From: Macrostomum hystrix
Taxonomy: Eukaryota; Animalia; Platyhelminthes
Assembly (NCBI GenBank): GCA_950097015.1
Contig: CATNEN010000007.1
Location: 1,922,001 to 1,986,000, forward strand
Reading direction: 5' to 3'
Length of the DNA: 64,000 nt
Part shown: in pieces, positions 35,706-47,600 of the stretch
Numbering within the stretch: the first letter of the stretch is position 1
How the letters are laid out: the number at the start of each line of letters is the position of its first letter
The notes under the pieces: generated by a model
What the model was told of the DNA's origin: nothing
What the model saw: only the letters and a program-made list of their open reading frames with translations
Databases searched by the model: none
Program-made: the position numbers and the translations under genes

Positions 35706-38587
35706 ATGTCGCTAACGCCGCCACCAAGCGTGTCCTGCTCGCTATTCCTGATCTGCGTTCTGGCCAACTTCTCTGGCTCGCTCATCTTTCTCATGCTCGG
35801 CCTTTGGTTCCTGGAGACTCGGCGAACCTACGAGCCGCTGTTCGGCCACGATTTCTACACCCTGTGCGTCTGGGTCTTCTTGGCCTGCGTGTCAGTCGGC
35901 TGCCTGACCTCCATGTTAGGCGCTGCCGCGGTCCTGGCAGCCAAGAGGTGGCAGATACTGGGGGTAAGGCAGCTGCTAGTCTGTGTACAGATGTTCAGTC
36001 CGTGGACAGGGGAGGCCGCCACACCAACCCAAATTTCTACGCCAGAACTGAAGTACGAGTAATAATCGAGAATTATGGGTCTTGCTCAAGAACACAAACA
36101 GTTTCTCTCTGGCTGAAATTCGAACTCCTGACCTGTTCGTCAAAAGTCCAAAGATCAAAACACAGGGCTACACGCTCCCTCGTAGGGAGATTGTATTTTA
36201 TATTAATATAAATGCACATCAACTATAGATCTGAATCTGTAGATCAATTATAGATCTGAGTCTGCAGATCAACTGTAGATATGAGCCTGTAGATCAACTG
36301 TAGATCTGAGTCTGTAAATCAATTATAGATCTGAGTCTGTAAATCAATTATAGATCTGATTCTGTAGATCAATTATAGATGAGTCTGTAGATCAATTATA
36401 GATCTGATTCTGTAGATCAATTATAGATATGAGTCTGTAGATCAACTCTAGATCTGAGTCTGTAGATCAATCATTGTAGATCAAATGTAGATATGAGTCC
36501 GTAGATCAATTGTCATAGCTCAACTATAGATCAGTCTGTTTTGTATAGCTGTTGTTTAATTGATCAGTTCAGTTCTATATGAGCAAGTTTTGCACGTATC
36601 TGCTTATCTTGTAAATAATTAAAAACCCTATGCGAGTGTCTTTATTCGCATTTACAGTACGCCAGTCTGATTTCGCTGTGCGCGCTAACCGTTAGCGGAG
36701 TTGGCATCACGTCACTGTTCTTTCACGATCAGGTAAATGAATTCGTTCGTTAAAATTACTTTATTTCTACCAGCGACTACGAGCGTTCTTATTGTGATGA
36801 CAGGTATAAGCATTAGGAAATCAGTCTTCGAAATTTGCTAAATCGGTTGGTCACGTGATTGTTGGGTAAGGTCAGTTAAAAGGGAGGATTCTCCGCACGC
36901 ATTTTCTATAAATAGTAACCTCTAGTTAATTGTAAAGTCTGCAAAGCCAATCAAATTTGTGTGACGATTTTATCCAGAATTTTATCAGGCAGACACAATG
37001 AAGTAAAATACAAGTATTTAAAATTTCACAATAGAACATTTTCATTTATGATTTCACAAATTCCAGGTTCGGCAAATAATAAACGTCAGCCTAAATGAGA
37101 CGATGTCAAAGTACTACGGCATGCCCGGATACAGGGCGGTGACCAGCAGCATCGATGTGCTCCAGGACAGTGTGAGTGAAGCCATATATCCCGACATACT
37201 TTTCCCAATGTACTTATACCATTGTACTTTTCCGAATGTACTTTTCCTAATGTACTTTTCCCAATGTACTTTCCCCATGTACTTTTCCCAATGTACTTTT
37301 CCTAATGTAATTTTCTTAATGTACTTATTCCGATGCCTAGATGCCCTGCTGCGGCTACGTGCTCTACAACGATTGGATCAACGCCAATCTGTATCGCTAC
37401 CAGACTGATCGTAACGGCACCTCCGTGCCGCTGAGCTGCTGCCTTTCCGAGCATAGGGCCGACACCAATCCCCGCTGCAACGAGGGATTCCCCTTCCCTG
37501 TGACGCCTAGAAAGCTACACCAGAAAGTGAGCCGCTCTGAGCGCATCAAGAATGTGGGAATGTGGGATCCGGAACGGGATACGGGGAATGGGATATGGGG
37601 AATGGGATATGGGGAATGGGATATGGGGAATGGGATATGGGGAATGGGATATGGGGAATGGGATATGGGGAATGGGATATGGGGAATGGGATATGGGGAA
37701 TGGGATATGGGGAATGGGATATGGGGAATGGGATATGGGGAATGGGATATGGGGAATGGGATATGGGGAATGGGATATGGGGAATGGGATATGGGGAATG
37801 GGATATGGGGAATGGGATATGGGGAATGGGATATGGGGAATGGGATATGGGGAATGGGATATGGGGAATGGGATATGGGGAATGGGATATGGGGAATGGG
37901 ATATGGGGAATGGGATATGGGGGAATGGGATATGGGGAATGGGATATGGGGAATGGGATATGGGGAATGGGATATGGGGAATGGGATATGGGGAATGGGA
38001 TATGGGGAATGGGATATGGGGAATGGGATATGGGGAATGGGATATGGGGAATGGGATATGGGGAATGGGATATGGGGAATGGGATATGGGGAATGGGATA
38101 TGGGGAATGGGATATGGGGAATGGGATATGGGGAATGGGATATGGGGAATGGGATATGGGGAATGGGATATGGGGAATGGGATATGGGGAATGGGATATG
38201 GGGAATGGGATATAGGGAATGGGGTACGTAGGATGGGATTGAGGAATGGGGTAGAGGGAATGGGATTCGTCTCAAACCATCATCGTAAATAATTTAAGGG
38301 CTGCCTGCCACTGCTTGAGTCCTGGTATCGCGAGCACGCCTTTCTCATCGGAGCAGTTTCGGCAGCGCTGGCAGGCTTCTTTGTAAGTTGGTAAATGCTT
38401 TTCAATTGTTTGTTAGCTTCCAAGAATAACAATTGTTTTTGATATCTGTTTCCAAATCAAATTTCAGTTCCTGAGCTGCTGCACCGCAATGCACCATTTC
38501 CGTGATGTCAACAGTCGCCGCAAGATGGAGGAAGCTCTGAAAGTTTATCAGAAGCAATTCCCCTCTCGTCAACTGCTTGAAGATTGA
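35706..38587 (+). CDS. tetraspanin, ~275 aa
   Basis: Exons 35706-35963, 36658-36732, 37067-37171, 37341-37526, 38299-38382, 38468-38587, all phase 0 and GT-AG. Four hydrophobic segments; large loop with CCG, PLSCC and distal GC. Confidence 0.92.
36225..36530. repeat. degenerate ~25-bp repeat TAGATCAATTATAGATCTGAGTCTG, tetraspanin intron 1
   Basis: Direct reading. Confidence 0.85.
37195..37330. repeat. degenerate 14/15-bp repeat TTTTCCCAATGTAC, tetraspanin intron 3
   Basis: Direct reading. Confidence 0.85.
37582..38217. repeat. 14-bp G-rich minisatellite GGGGAATGGGATAT, ~45 units, tetraspanin intron 4
   Basis: Direct reading; nearly homogeneous. Confidence 0.99.
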
Positions 38588-38828
38588 TTTTTTTTCTTCC
38601 GATTGGAATTGAACAGAAAATGAGCCACTTTTTATTGATGAATTGATGCTTGCAAACTTGGTTGAATCAAAATTGTAGGTGCTACTACTTGTAATTATAG
38701 TAGCACTCATTCTCGTAAATATTCATTTCTAAATTAAGAAAATAAGTTAATTTCTTTTTTCAGTATTTTCTTTGACTAGGTATTAGCTTTTCACGATTGA
38801 ACCAACCAACCAACAGTGGAACCGAAGA

Positions 38829-40655
38829 AACCTGGCACATGGAATCTGACACACGGAATCTGACACACGGAATCTGACACACGGAATCTGGCACACGGAA
38901 TCTGACACACGGAATCTTACACACTGAATCTGACACACGGAATCTGGCACACTGAATCTGACACACGGAATCTGGCACACTGAATCTGACACACGGAATC
39001 TGGCACACTGAATCTGACACACTGAATCTGACACACGGAATCTGGCACACTGAATCTGACACACGGAATCTGGCACACTGAATCTGACACACGGAATCTG
39101 ACACACGGAATCTGACACACGGAATCTGACACACGGAATCTGACACACGGAATCTGACACACGGAATCTGCCACACTGAATCTGCCACACTGAATCTGAC
39201 ACAATGAATCTGACACACGGAATCTGACACACTGAATCTGACACAATGAATCTGACACACGGAATCTGACACACGGAATCTGACACACGGAATCTGACAC
39301 ACGGAATCTGGCACGCTGAATCTGACACACGGAATCTGGCACACTGAATCTGACACACGGAATCTGACACACGGAATCTGACACACGGAATCTGACACAC
39401 GGAATCTGACACACGGAATCTGACACACGGAATCTGCCACACTGAATCTGCCACACTGAATCTGACACAATGAATCTGACACACGGAATCTGACACACTG
39501 AATCTGACACAATGAATCTGACACACGGAATCTGACACACGGAATCTGACACACGGAATCTGACCCACGGAATCTGACACAGTGAATCTGACACACGGAA
39601 TCTGACACACGGAATCTGACACACGGAATCTGGCACACGGAATCTGACACACGGAATCTGGCACACTGAATCTGACACACGGAATCTGACACACGGAATC
39701 TGACACACGGAATCTGGCACACTGAATCTGACACAATGAATCTGACACATGGAATCTGACACACGGAATCTGACACACGGAATCTGACACACGGAATCTG
39801 ACACACGGAATCTGACACACGGAATCTGACACACGGAATCTGGCACACTGAATCTGACACAATGAATCTGACACATGGAATCTGGCACACTGAATCTGAC
39901 ACAATGAATCTGACACAATGAATCTGACACACGGAATCTGGAACACTGAATCTGACACAATAAATCTGACAACCGGAATCTGACACACGGAATCTGACCG
40001 ACGGAATCTGACACACGGAATCTGACACACGGAATCTGACACACGGAATCTGACACACGGAATCTGACACACGGAATCTGACACAATGAATCTGACACAT
40101 GGAATCTGGCACACTGAATCTGACACAATGAATCTGACACAATGAATCTGACACACGGAATCTGGCACACAGAATCTGACACACGGAATCTGGCACACTG
40201 AATCTGACACAATGAATCTGACACACGGAATCTGGCACACTGAATCTGACACAATGAATCTGACACAATGAATCTGACACACGGAATCTGGCACACTGAA
40301 TCTGGCACACTGAATCTGACACAATGAATCTGACACAATGAATCTGACACACGGAATCTGGAACACTGAATCTGACACAATGAATCTGACAACCGGAATC
40401 TGACACACGGAATCTGACCGACGGAATCTGACACACGGAATCTGACACACGGAATCTGGCACACTGAATCTGACACATAATCTGACACATAATCTGACAC
40501 ATAATCTGACACATAATCTGACACACAATCTGACACATAATCTGACACATAATCTGACACATAATCTGACACATAATCTGACACATAATCTGACACATAA
40601 TCTTACACATAATCTGACACACGGAATCTGACGCACGGAATCTGACACACGGAAT
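38829..40655. repeat. 14-bp minisatellite GGAATCTGACACAC, with a 12-bp AATCTGACACAT sub-array at ~40480-40615
   Basis: Direct reading; lies between the convergent tetraspanin and CFAP276 3' ends. Confidence 0.98.
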
Positions 40656-41334
40656 CTGTTCAGTTCATTTTGGAATGTTAAAATTGAAAGTAGCTTTGAG
40701 TCGTTATCTCGACCGACTATAAAAACGATTCTCAGTATTCGCACAAATTAGATGGGGTAAAAAAACATTTTTTAATAATATATTTTAGGAAGCAAAGACA
40801 ATGGCCGGCCATACAGTTATCGATTTCATACCATTTTTATTAGCCGTTAAAGCAGAGCGCAGTGAATATAAATATTTAGTATTTTCCTTCTGTTTCACTG
40901 CCTGCAAGCGCTGGCTTAAAGACAAAGAGCAATATGAAAATTGGTACATATTCAGCAGCAAGCAGCCAGACTTGGTGAGTGCTTGTATAGGGAATTGTGT
41001 CATCATTCGTAATCGATTAATGCAACCGCGAACCTAACTTTCTGGCACAGTCAAAGTATTGGGTTAAATTCCAAAAAAAACTATTCAATGTTTAAGAATG
41101 CCGCAAAAATATTGATTCAAATTTCTTCACTGATGTCAAAGCATTCTCTCTAGTGAACAGCACAAACTAAATAAAACAAATTTGTAAAGTGAAGACAGGC
41201 TTGGAAAGATTGTTGCTCGGATTGAAACTGAAAACAAGAAGGAAATTAAATTAAAACAAGGTCTTGCAGATTTTGCCAGTCTGTAAAATTGGGGAGGAGA
41301 TTGAGTCCGATCTGACTGGCTCTTCTCGAGTCGC

Positions 41335-44187
41335 TCACGAGGTGAAATGGCCACCGTCTGGCTTCCTTGAGTAGCCCCGGTTTGTGGCCTGCGTGTGGTG
41401 GCCCTCTGCCAACAGTTCGGCGAGGTGTTAGCGTATTAATCAGCACAAATTCCCACCTGTGTGACCTGTGCTCACTCCCTTCATTCTGTCACTCACTCCC
41501 TTCATTCTGTCACTCTCTTCCTTCATTCTGTCACTCCCTCCCTTCATTCTGTCACTCTCTTCCTTCATTCTGTCACTCTCTTCCTTCATTCTGTCACTCC
41601 CTCCCTTCATTCTGTCACTCACTCCCTTCATTCTGTCACTCACTCCCTTCATTCTGTCACTCTCTTCCTTCATTCTGTCACTCCCTCCCTTCATTCTGTC
41701 ACTCTCTTCCTTCATTCTGTCACTCTCTTCCTTCATTCTGTCACTCCCTCCCTTCATTCTGTCACTCTCTCCCTTCATTCTGTCACTCTCTACCTTCATT
41801 CTGTCACTCTCTCCCTTCATTCTGTCACTCTCTCCCTTCATTCTGTCACTCTCTCCCTTCATTCTGTCACTCTCTCCCTTCATTCTGTCACTCACTCCCT
41901 TCATTCTGTCACTCTCTACCTTCATTCTGTCACTCACTCCCTTCATTCTGTCACTCTCTACCTTCATTCTGTCACTCTCTACCTTCATTCTGTCACTCTC
42001 TACCTTCATTCTATCACTCTCTCCCTTCATTCTGTCACTCTCTACCTTCATTCTGTCACTCTCTCCCTTCATTCTGTCACTCTCTTCCTTCATTCTGTCA
42101 CTCTCTTCCTTCATTCTGTCACTCTCTACCTTCATTCTGTCACTCTCTCCCTTCATTCTGTCACTCTCTACCTTCATTCTGTCACTCTCTTCCTTCATTC
42201 TGTCACTCTCTACCTTCATTCTGTCACTCTCTCCCTTCATTCTGTCACTCTCTACCTTCATTCTGTCACTCTCTACCTTAATTCTGTCACTCTCTACCTT
42301 AATTCTGTCACTCTCTACCTTAATTCTGTCACTCTCTACCTTCATTCTGTCACTCTCTACCTTCATTCTGTCACTCTCCCCTTTCATTCCCTCCCACCAG
42401 TCGCTCTCACCGATGGCATTCTTGATGCTGTTGGCGTCCTCGCGTCGCGGCTGCTGCCACTGGCGCAGCGGGTGGCCCAGAGCTGGCGGCACCTCGGCGA
42501 CTTGGCGAACCCGATTCTTCAGCACCCGGCTGAGGGACGGGTTGGCGGTGGTGAAACGAGGTGCAATTAATTTTTATGTCAGTTTTGAGAAATTAAATAG
42601 AAGCATAAAATATTATCAAAAAACGCTATTCATACTACTGAAGTTAAGGAGAGATAGTTTTTTATTATTTTCATGCATTCAAAACAGGTTTTCACTTAAA
42701 TTGCTTTCACTCAAATTTTCAATTGAAATTGCAAGTTGTTACATTGGAGTGAAAAAGACACTGGAAATGGTAATGGTTTAAAAAAATCTTAAAGCAACAA
42801 CTATAGACAAATAAGCCAAATAATTTAATATTCGTCGCAGAGAAAGCTTTTTTCTGATATTACGAGTACTTTAGTACGTGATAAAAGTAAGCGGAGTTTT
42901 AGCTTTGAATCCTATAGTAAAGTCGACTCGAGAGTTAAACAAATGGTATACACAAATATTCGCAGGCAAACCAATAGAAATAGACGTAAAACAAAGATAA
43001 GGAAATAAAAATTGCAAGAGTAATTCACACATGCAGCACAACCAGTTGTAACTTACGGATCCTCAGTCTCCGTGTTTCTGAATTGTTATGATTTTTTGTT
43101 ACAAAAAGAGACAGTAATTAAATACTCGAAAATGCTGTTGAAGCAAAGTCTATAGTTTATTGCTAAGAAGTATTGCTAAGAAGTATTCAATTGCAAAGCT
43201 AATATGTCGTAGAAGAGTTCTATTGTACTCGTACTTACTTTTTATTTAAAGTTGTGTCGTGGAACAAAATATTAGATTCCATGATAATTTAAAAAAATTA
43301 TTTTTATTTAACAAAACCAGAATAATTGTATGTACTTTTCATAAAGTATTTAAAAAGGAAAAACAAGTAAGAGTGATTCTTCTTGTCTAGAATTTTTATA
43401 AGACCTACTTCAAGTAGTGCAAATCAAATCGTAATCCAACTAAAAAAAGACTGGATCGTCAAAAGCCTCACCCGTGCTCATCGGTGCTGGTCTCTGTCTG
43501 CAGTAGCACCTGGCTTCGGTTCTTGAACAAATCACGGTGCTGGTCGTATTCAGTTTTGAGAACAAAGTCCAAGCTATCACTGGGAGCCTGCGGGTCGTGG
43601 TAGAATGCCTGATGGCGAGTGCTAGTCAAGGTTTGGGTGAGGTTCAACCGGCTCCACGGGTCATCCTGCTGAGCCAGGTGAGTTGGCTTCGAGTAGGCGT
43701 ATTTCTGCAAAAATGAGTGTTATAAATCTTTAGTTTTTTACAGTAGTTTTCGGAATTTATTTAGAAATGTAAAAATAATTTATTTTGAATTTTCTTTTTG
43801 GAGCTTTTATAAAAACTATTTCTTATTGCCACCAGTATCAATAATTTGTAAATAAAGAAAAATATTTACGCATTTAAGCTTGATGTGTGTAAAAGTATGT
43901 AAATATATAAATATATATATATATTCAAAGTTTTATTTTCTTCTTTTTTTTAATAAAAAAAGATAGAAAAACCAAAAAATCTAAATCAAATATTCTGAAC
44001 AAGATTTATTGCTGGGGTTTTAGTCAGTCGGAAAATGTATACATCAAGTAGTCATTTTTATAGGTAATCTTTATCCAATTCAAGTAGAATTTAATTCAAT
44101 GCTCACCTCGATAGGCTTTACACCAGAGAGTGTCTGGTCACTCTCGAATCGTGGATAAGGATATGGGTCACGATGGGCAGTGGACAT
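41335..44187 (-). CDS. CFAP276: CFAP276 (C1orf194), ciliary microtubule inner protein, 167 aa
   Basis: Exons 44187..44107, 43704..43472, 42529..42411, 41405..41335 with phases 0/2/1 consistent (504 nt). RDPYPYP, KPTHLAQQDDPWSRLN, DSLDFVL...FKNRSQVLL and C-terminal TNRGYSRKPDGGHF match recalled C1orf194 motifs. Confidence 0.88.
41473..42388. repeat. 21-bp minisatellite TTCATTCTGTCACTCTCTACC, ~43 units, fills CFAP276 intron 3
   Basis: Direct reading. Confidence 0.98.
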
Positions 44188-44600
44188 TTTTAATTTGAAA
44201 AGCGAGTAACTGCTTGAAGTATTAAAACTTCGGTTGATCGAAAACTGAGTAATTTTGCGCCAGTTAGCAAGCAATTTTACATAAATTATCTAGAAAATTG
44301 ACACTTAAAAAGGGAACGGCTTTCGTTGCCATAATGATTATCTTTAATAAAAGCCTATAAATAAAAGAAGTAGCTATTTCTTTTAGAAAACAATAATAAT
44401 TAATTTGCTGTCAGTATGAAAAGAAAAAATACACTTACTCGTAAGGCGTAATAAAAAATTCTTTGTTAAAATCTCGCAAGTTTACACTAGAAACGTTCGA
44501 TTCGGTTTCATAAACCAAAGTATTTTCAATTCGGTGGAAAATACTTCAGAGTTTTGACGATTTGCCCATTTTTCAACGGAGGGCCAATAGTGGATTTAAG

Positions 44601-47600
44601 ATGTCTGTCAGGCTTGCATATACTATTAAGGACACACATTGTCGAAATATTACCGCTATCGGGTTTAATCCAGCAAGAAGAGAAATCGTTCTAGGCTTTG
44701 AAGGTATGGAAATATTGTATCAATTGAAAACTTTCAAATACAAAATACTATAATTTTATCTAAGACAGTAGAGGAAAACATACATAACTTTTATACGCAA
44801 AAGCAGAAAAAAGCATGTTGGTTTTATAGATACCAGTGCGCATAATTATAAGATTGTTATTTTGTTATAAAGTTATTTTAGATATTTCAGATGAACTTTG
44901 GGAACTTTGGTGTTGACTGAGAACGGCATCGCAATAAGTGTCATTGCATTACTTATTTTTTACCCCTACTTTAGATCGTTTTAAAAAGTTTAGAAACTTT
45001 GTAGATAAATTCTGTTAGAGCTTACAGTTGTAAAAAAGAAAAGAGTAAGGTATTTTAGTTTACTATAATGACAATGGTTGAAAATTTTCTGCTGAAAATA
45101 ACGCATATACTTTTTTGTTTCACTTAAACTTTATTATTAAAAAAATTCAGATGGCACCTTGAAAGTATGGGAAGCAGATCCGTGCAAATTTGTACAGTTC
45201 CTCACTCCCGGACATCAGGGCTGGGTAACAAGCATTGTCTACTGGTAAGCTTTCTCAATATACAAATTGTGCTGATTTCTACTTTGAATCGATTTTCTTC
45301 ATCTTAACACGTATCTTTATTGAAATTTTGTTAGGCCAGAAATCAAGACTTTTATCACTGCTGGCCAAGATGGAGTGATCATGTTCTGGTCTGGCAACTC
45401 GCTGGTGGATATCGTCCATGTAAGTTTATGCGAATATCAAGTAGTAGATTTCCATTAAAGAATTTCTTGAAGTTCAAGTAGTTTTAAATCGTATTCAAAT
45501 TTTAGTTTTTATCTCTATAAATCTTTCAGACGGAGGAGGCTATCTACTCAATGGCTGTCAATCTGAGAAAATGCCAATTGGTCTGCGGCACCAGCACAGG
45601 AATCAATGTCTACGAATTGGACAAGTGTACGATTGTTGTTGTTGTACACGAGTAATTTGCACCTGTGAATAGACCCATAACCTATACAGAAATCTATAAG
45701 CTGTACAAAAACCCAAAGGCTATGCAGAAACCATTAAGCAGTACAGAATCACATAAGCTGTACAGAAACCCGTAACTTGTACAGAAACCCGTAACTTGTT
45801 CAGAAACCTACATGCTGCACAGAAACCCATAACCAGTACAGAAACAAATAGCATGTATAGTAAGCAACAACCTCTGAAGAAGCACACAGCTTTACTTGGA
45901 TGGCGCAATAAATACATACACAAATACATAAATACATAATTTTGTCCCACTCTGCATCTTCTATCAATCAGCTGTATTGAACTAGTAAGTAAGAAGACTG
46001 CAGTCTTTTACGTGGGGGCGAACATAAAGGGATTTCTACTCACTGCTATATTCTTTCCTGCATTTAGATGCACAAAAAATGCACAAATTGAATATGCACT
46101 TGTTTTAATAAAAGATATTCAAAAATCTCGACGCAAGCCTTTCTGCAAGGCGGTCGTTTTATCAATGAAAAGAGAAATATCTTTCTCTGAATTGAACCTT
46201 TCCCTTTAGGCTCGAATTTAACAAATGTATTCGCGAAAACCAGTGAAGGAACTATGGGTGAATAGAGAAAGAAAGGTGGCATATGATATAAACAGCATAG
46301 TAAAGCATATTTCCCCTTAAATCGCAATTCGCCGTAGAAACAGCTCAAACAGAGGAACAAAATGCTCAATAAAAGAGTCAAAATCGTTTGGAAGCATTTA
46401 GAAGCTATATGGCTGCCTTGTGCCTCTAATCATACACACAACTGCAGTAAACTATGCCAATTTCAAGTTACACCACTACACTGCAATTGACGAAACAATG
46501 CAACAACTGGACTGCAATCAAGGCAACAATTCAACAAGCGGAGTGCAATCAATGGAATGATTCAACCACTGAAGTACAATCAAAGCAATTAAATGCAAAA
46601 AATGCAAATGGCGCAGCAACATACTCGTATTAATTGCAATCTAAGCAAACGAATGCAACTGACATGTCAACAAAGGAACGTACGATATGAAATGCAAACA
46701 AGCCAGCCATTATTGTTGTTAAAACGAATCCCCCGAAGTACTGGGGCGCGGGTCAGTTCCGAGGAACTCTGCCGCTTTATTTTTTAATATATTTAATTGG
46801 AATTTATTAAAAATATACACGCAATTCGATTTAGATTATTTTATACGAATATTGAAAATAAAAATGAAACATAAAACAATAATTCAATATTTGGCAATAT
46901 TTGGGCACGCATTGGGAGATAAAAGGGAGAACTATACAGGGGGAATCCCGCACAAAGAAGGGATCTAATAAAAAAGGGAAATCTAAAAGGCATGCATGCA
47001 AGATATTAGCCAGCCATTTATTAAACTTGAATGAAATTTCAAATTACTGCATGCAACTGGAATACAATCAGCGAAATTTACATTATTAAAAAGCAATTCG
47101 ATTACTTGAAAAGTGGAGGCTATATACACAGCATACAAACAGCAATTAAATGCAATTTACTGCGGACAAACAATTAACAATACGGAACATATTAACAAGT
47201 TGCATAAATTGTTATCCATTTATTATACGGCAAAATGGCCGTAGCCAATGGTTCTGTTTTTTGCAATAGCACTACCAAAGATAAATAAACTATAAGGACA
47301 ACGCAATTATTGCAATGGCAAGTTGCAATAATGCATAATACCAAGAAACAAGCCTTCTATAAACATCATTCTATAGACAAGAGTCCTATCCTTTATTGGT
47401 ACATTTTTGGCACTGAATACGGAGATGCAGCTGCTTTGGGAACAGCCGCATTTCAATAAATAAGGGGGTGAGACAATCTTTTCTAGGGTTGCAGGGCTAA
47501 CATTTACAGGCTTAACATTACTTAGCTTAGCTTAGCCTACTTAACATAGCTTACTAAATTCCAATGACATTTGCCACATTCTCCTATAAAATAGGTCAAA

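Noticed and set aside
40789-40977. Exon-like segment (RWLKDKEQYENWYIFSSKQPDL|GTGAGT) after the tetraspanin
   Set aside because: The tetraspanin already terminates at 38587; no upstream partner exon or homology recognised. Left uncalled.
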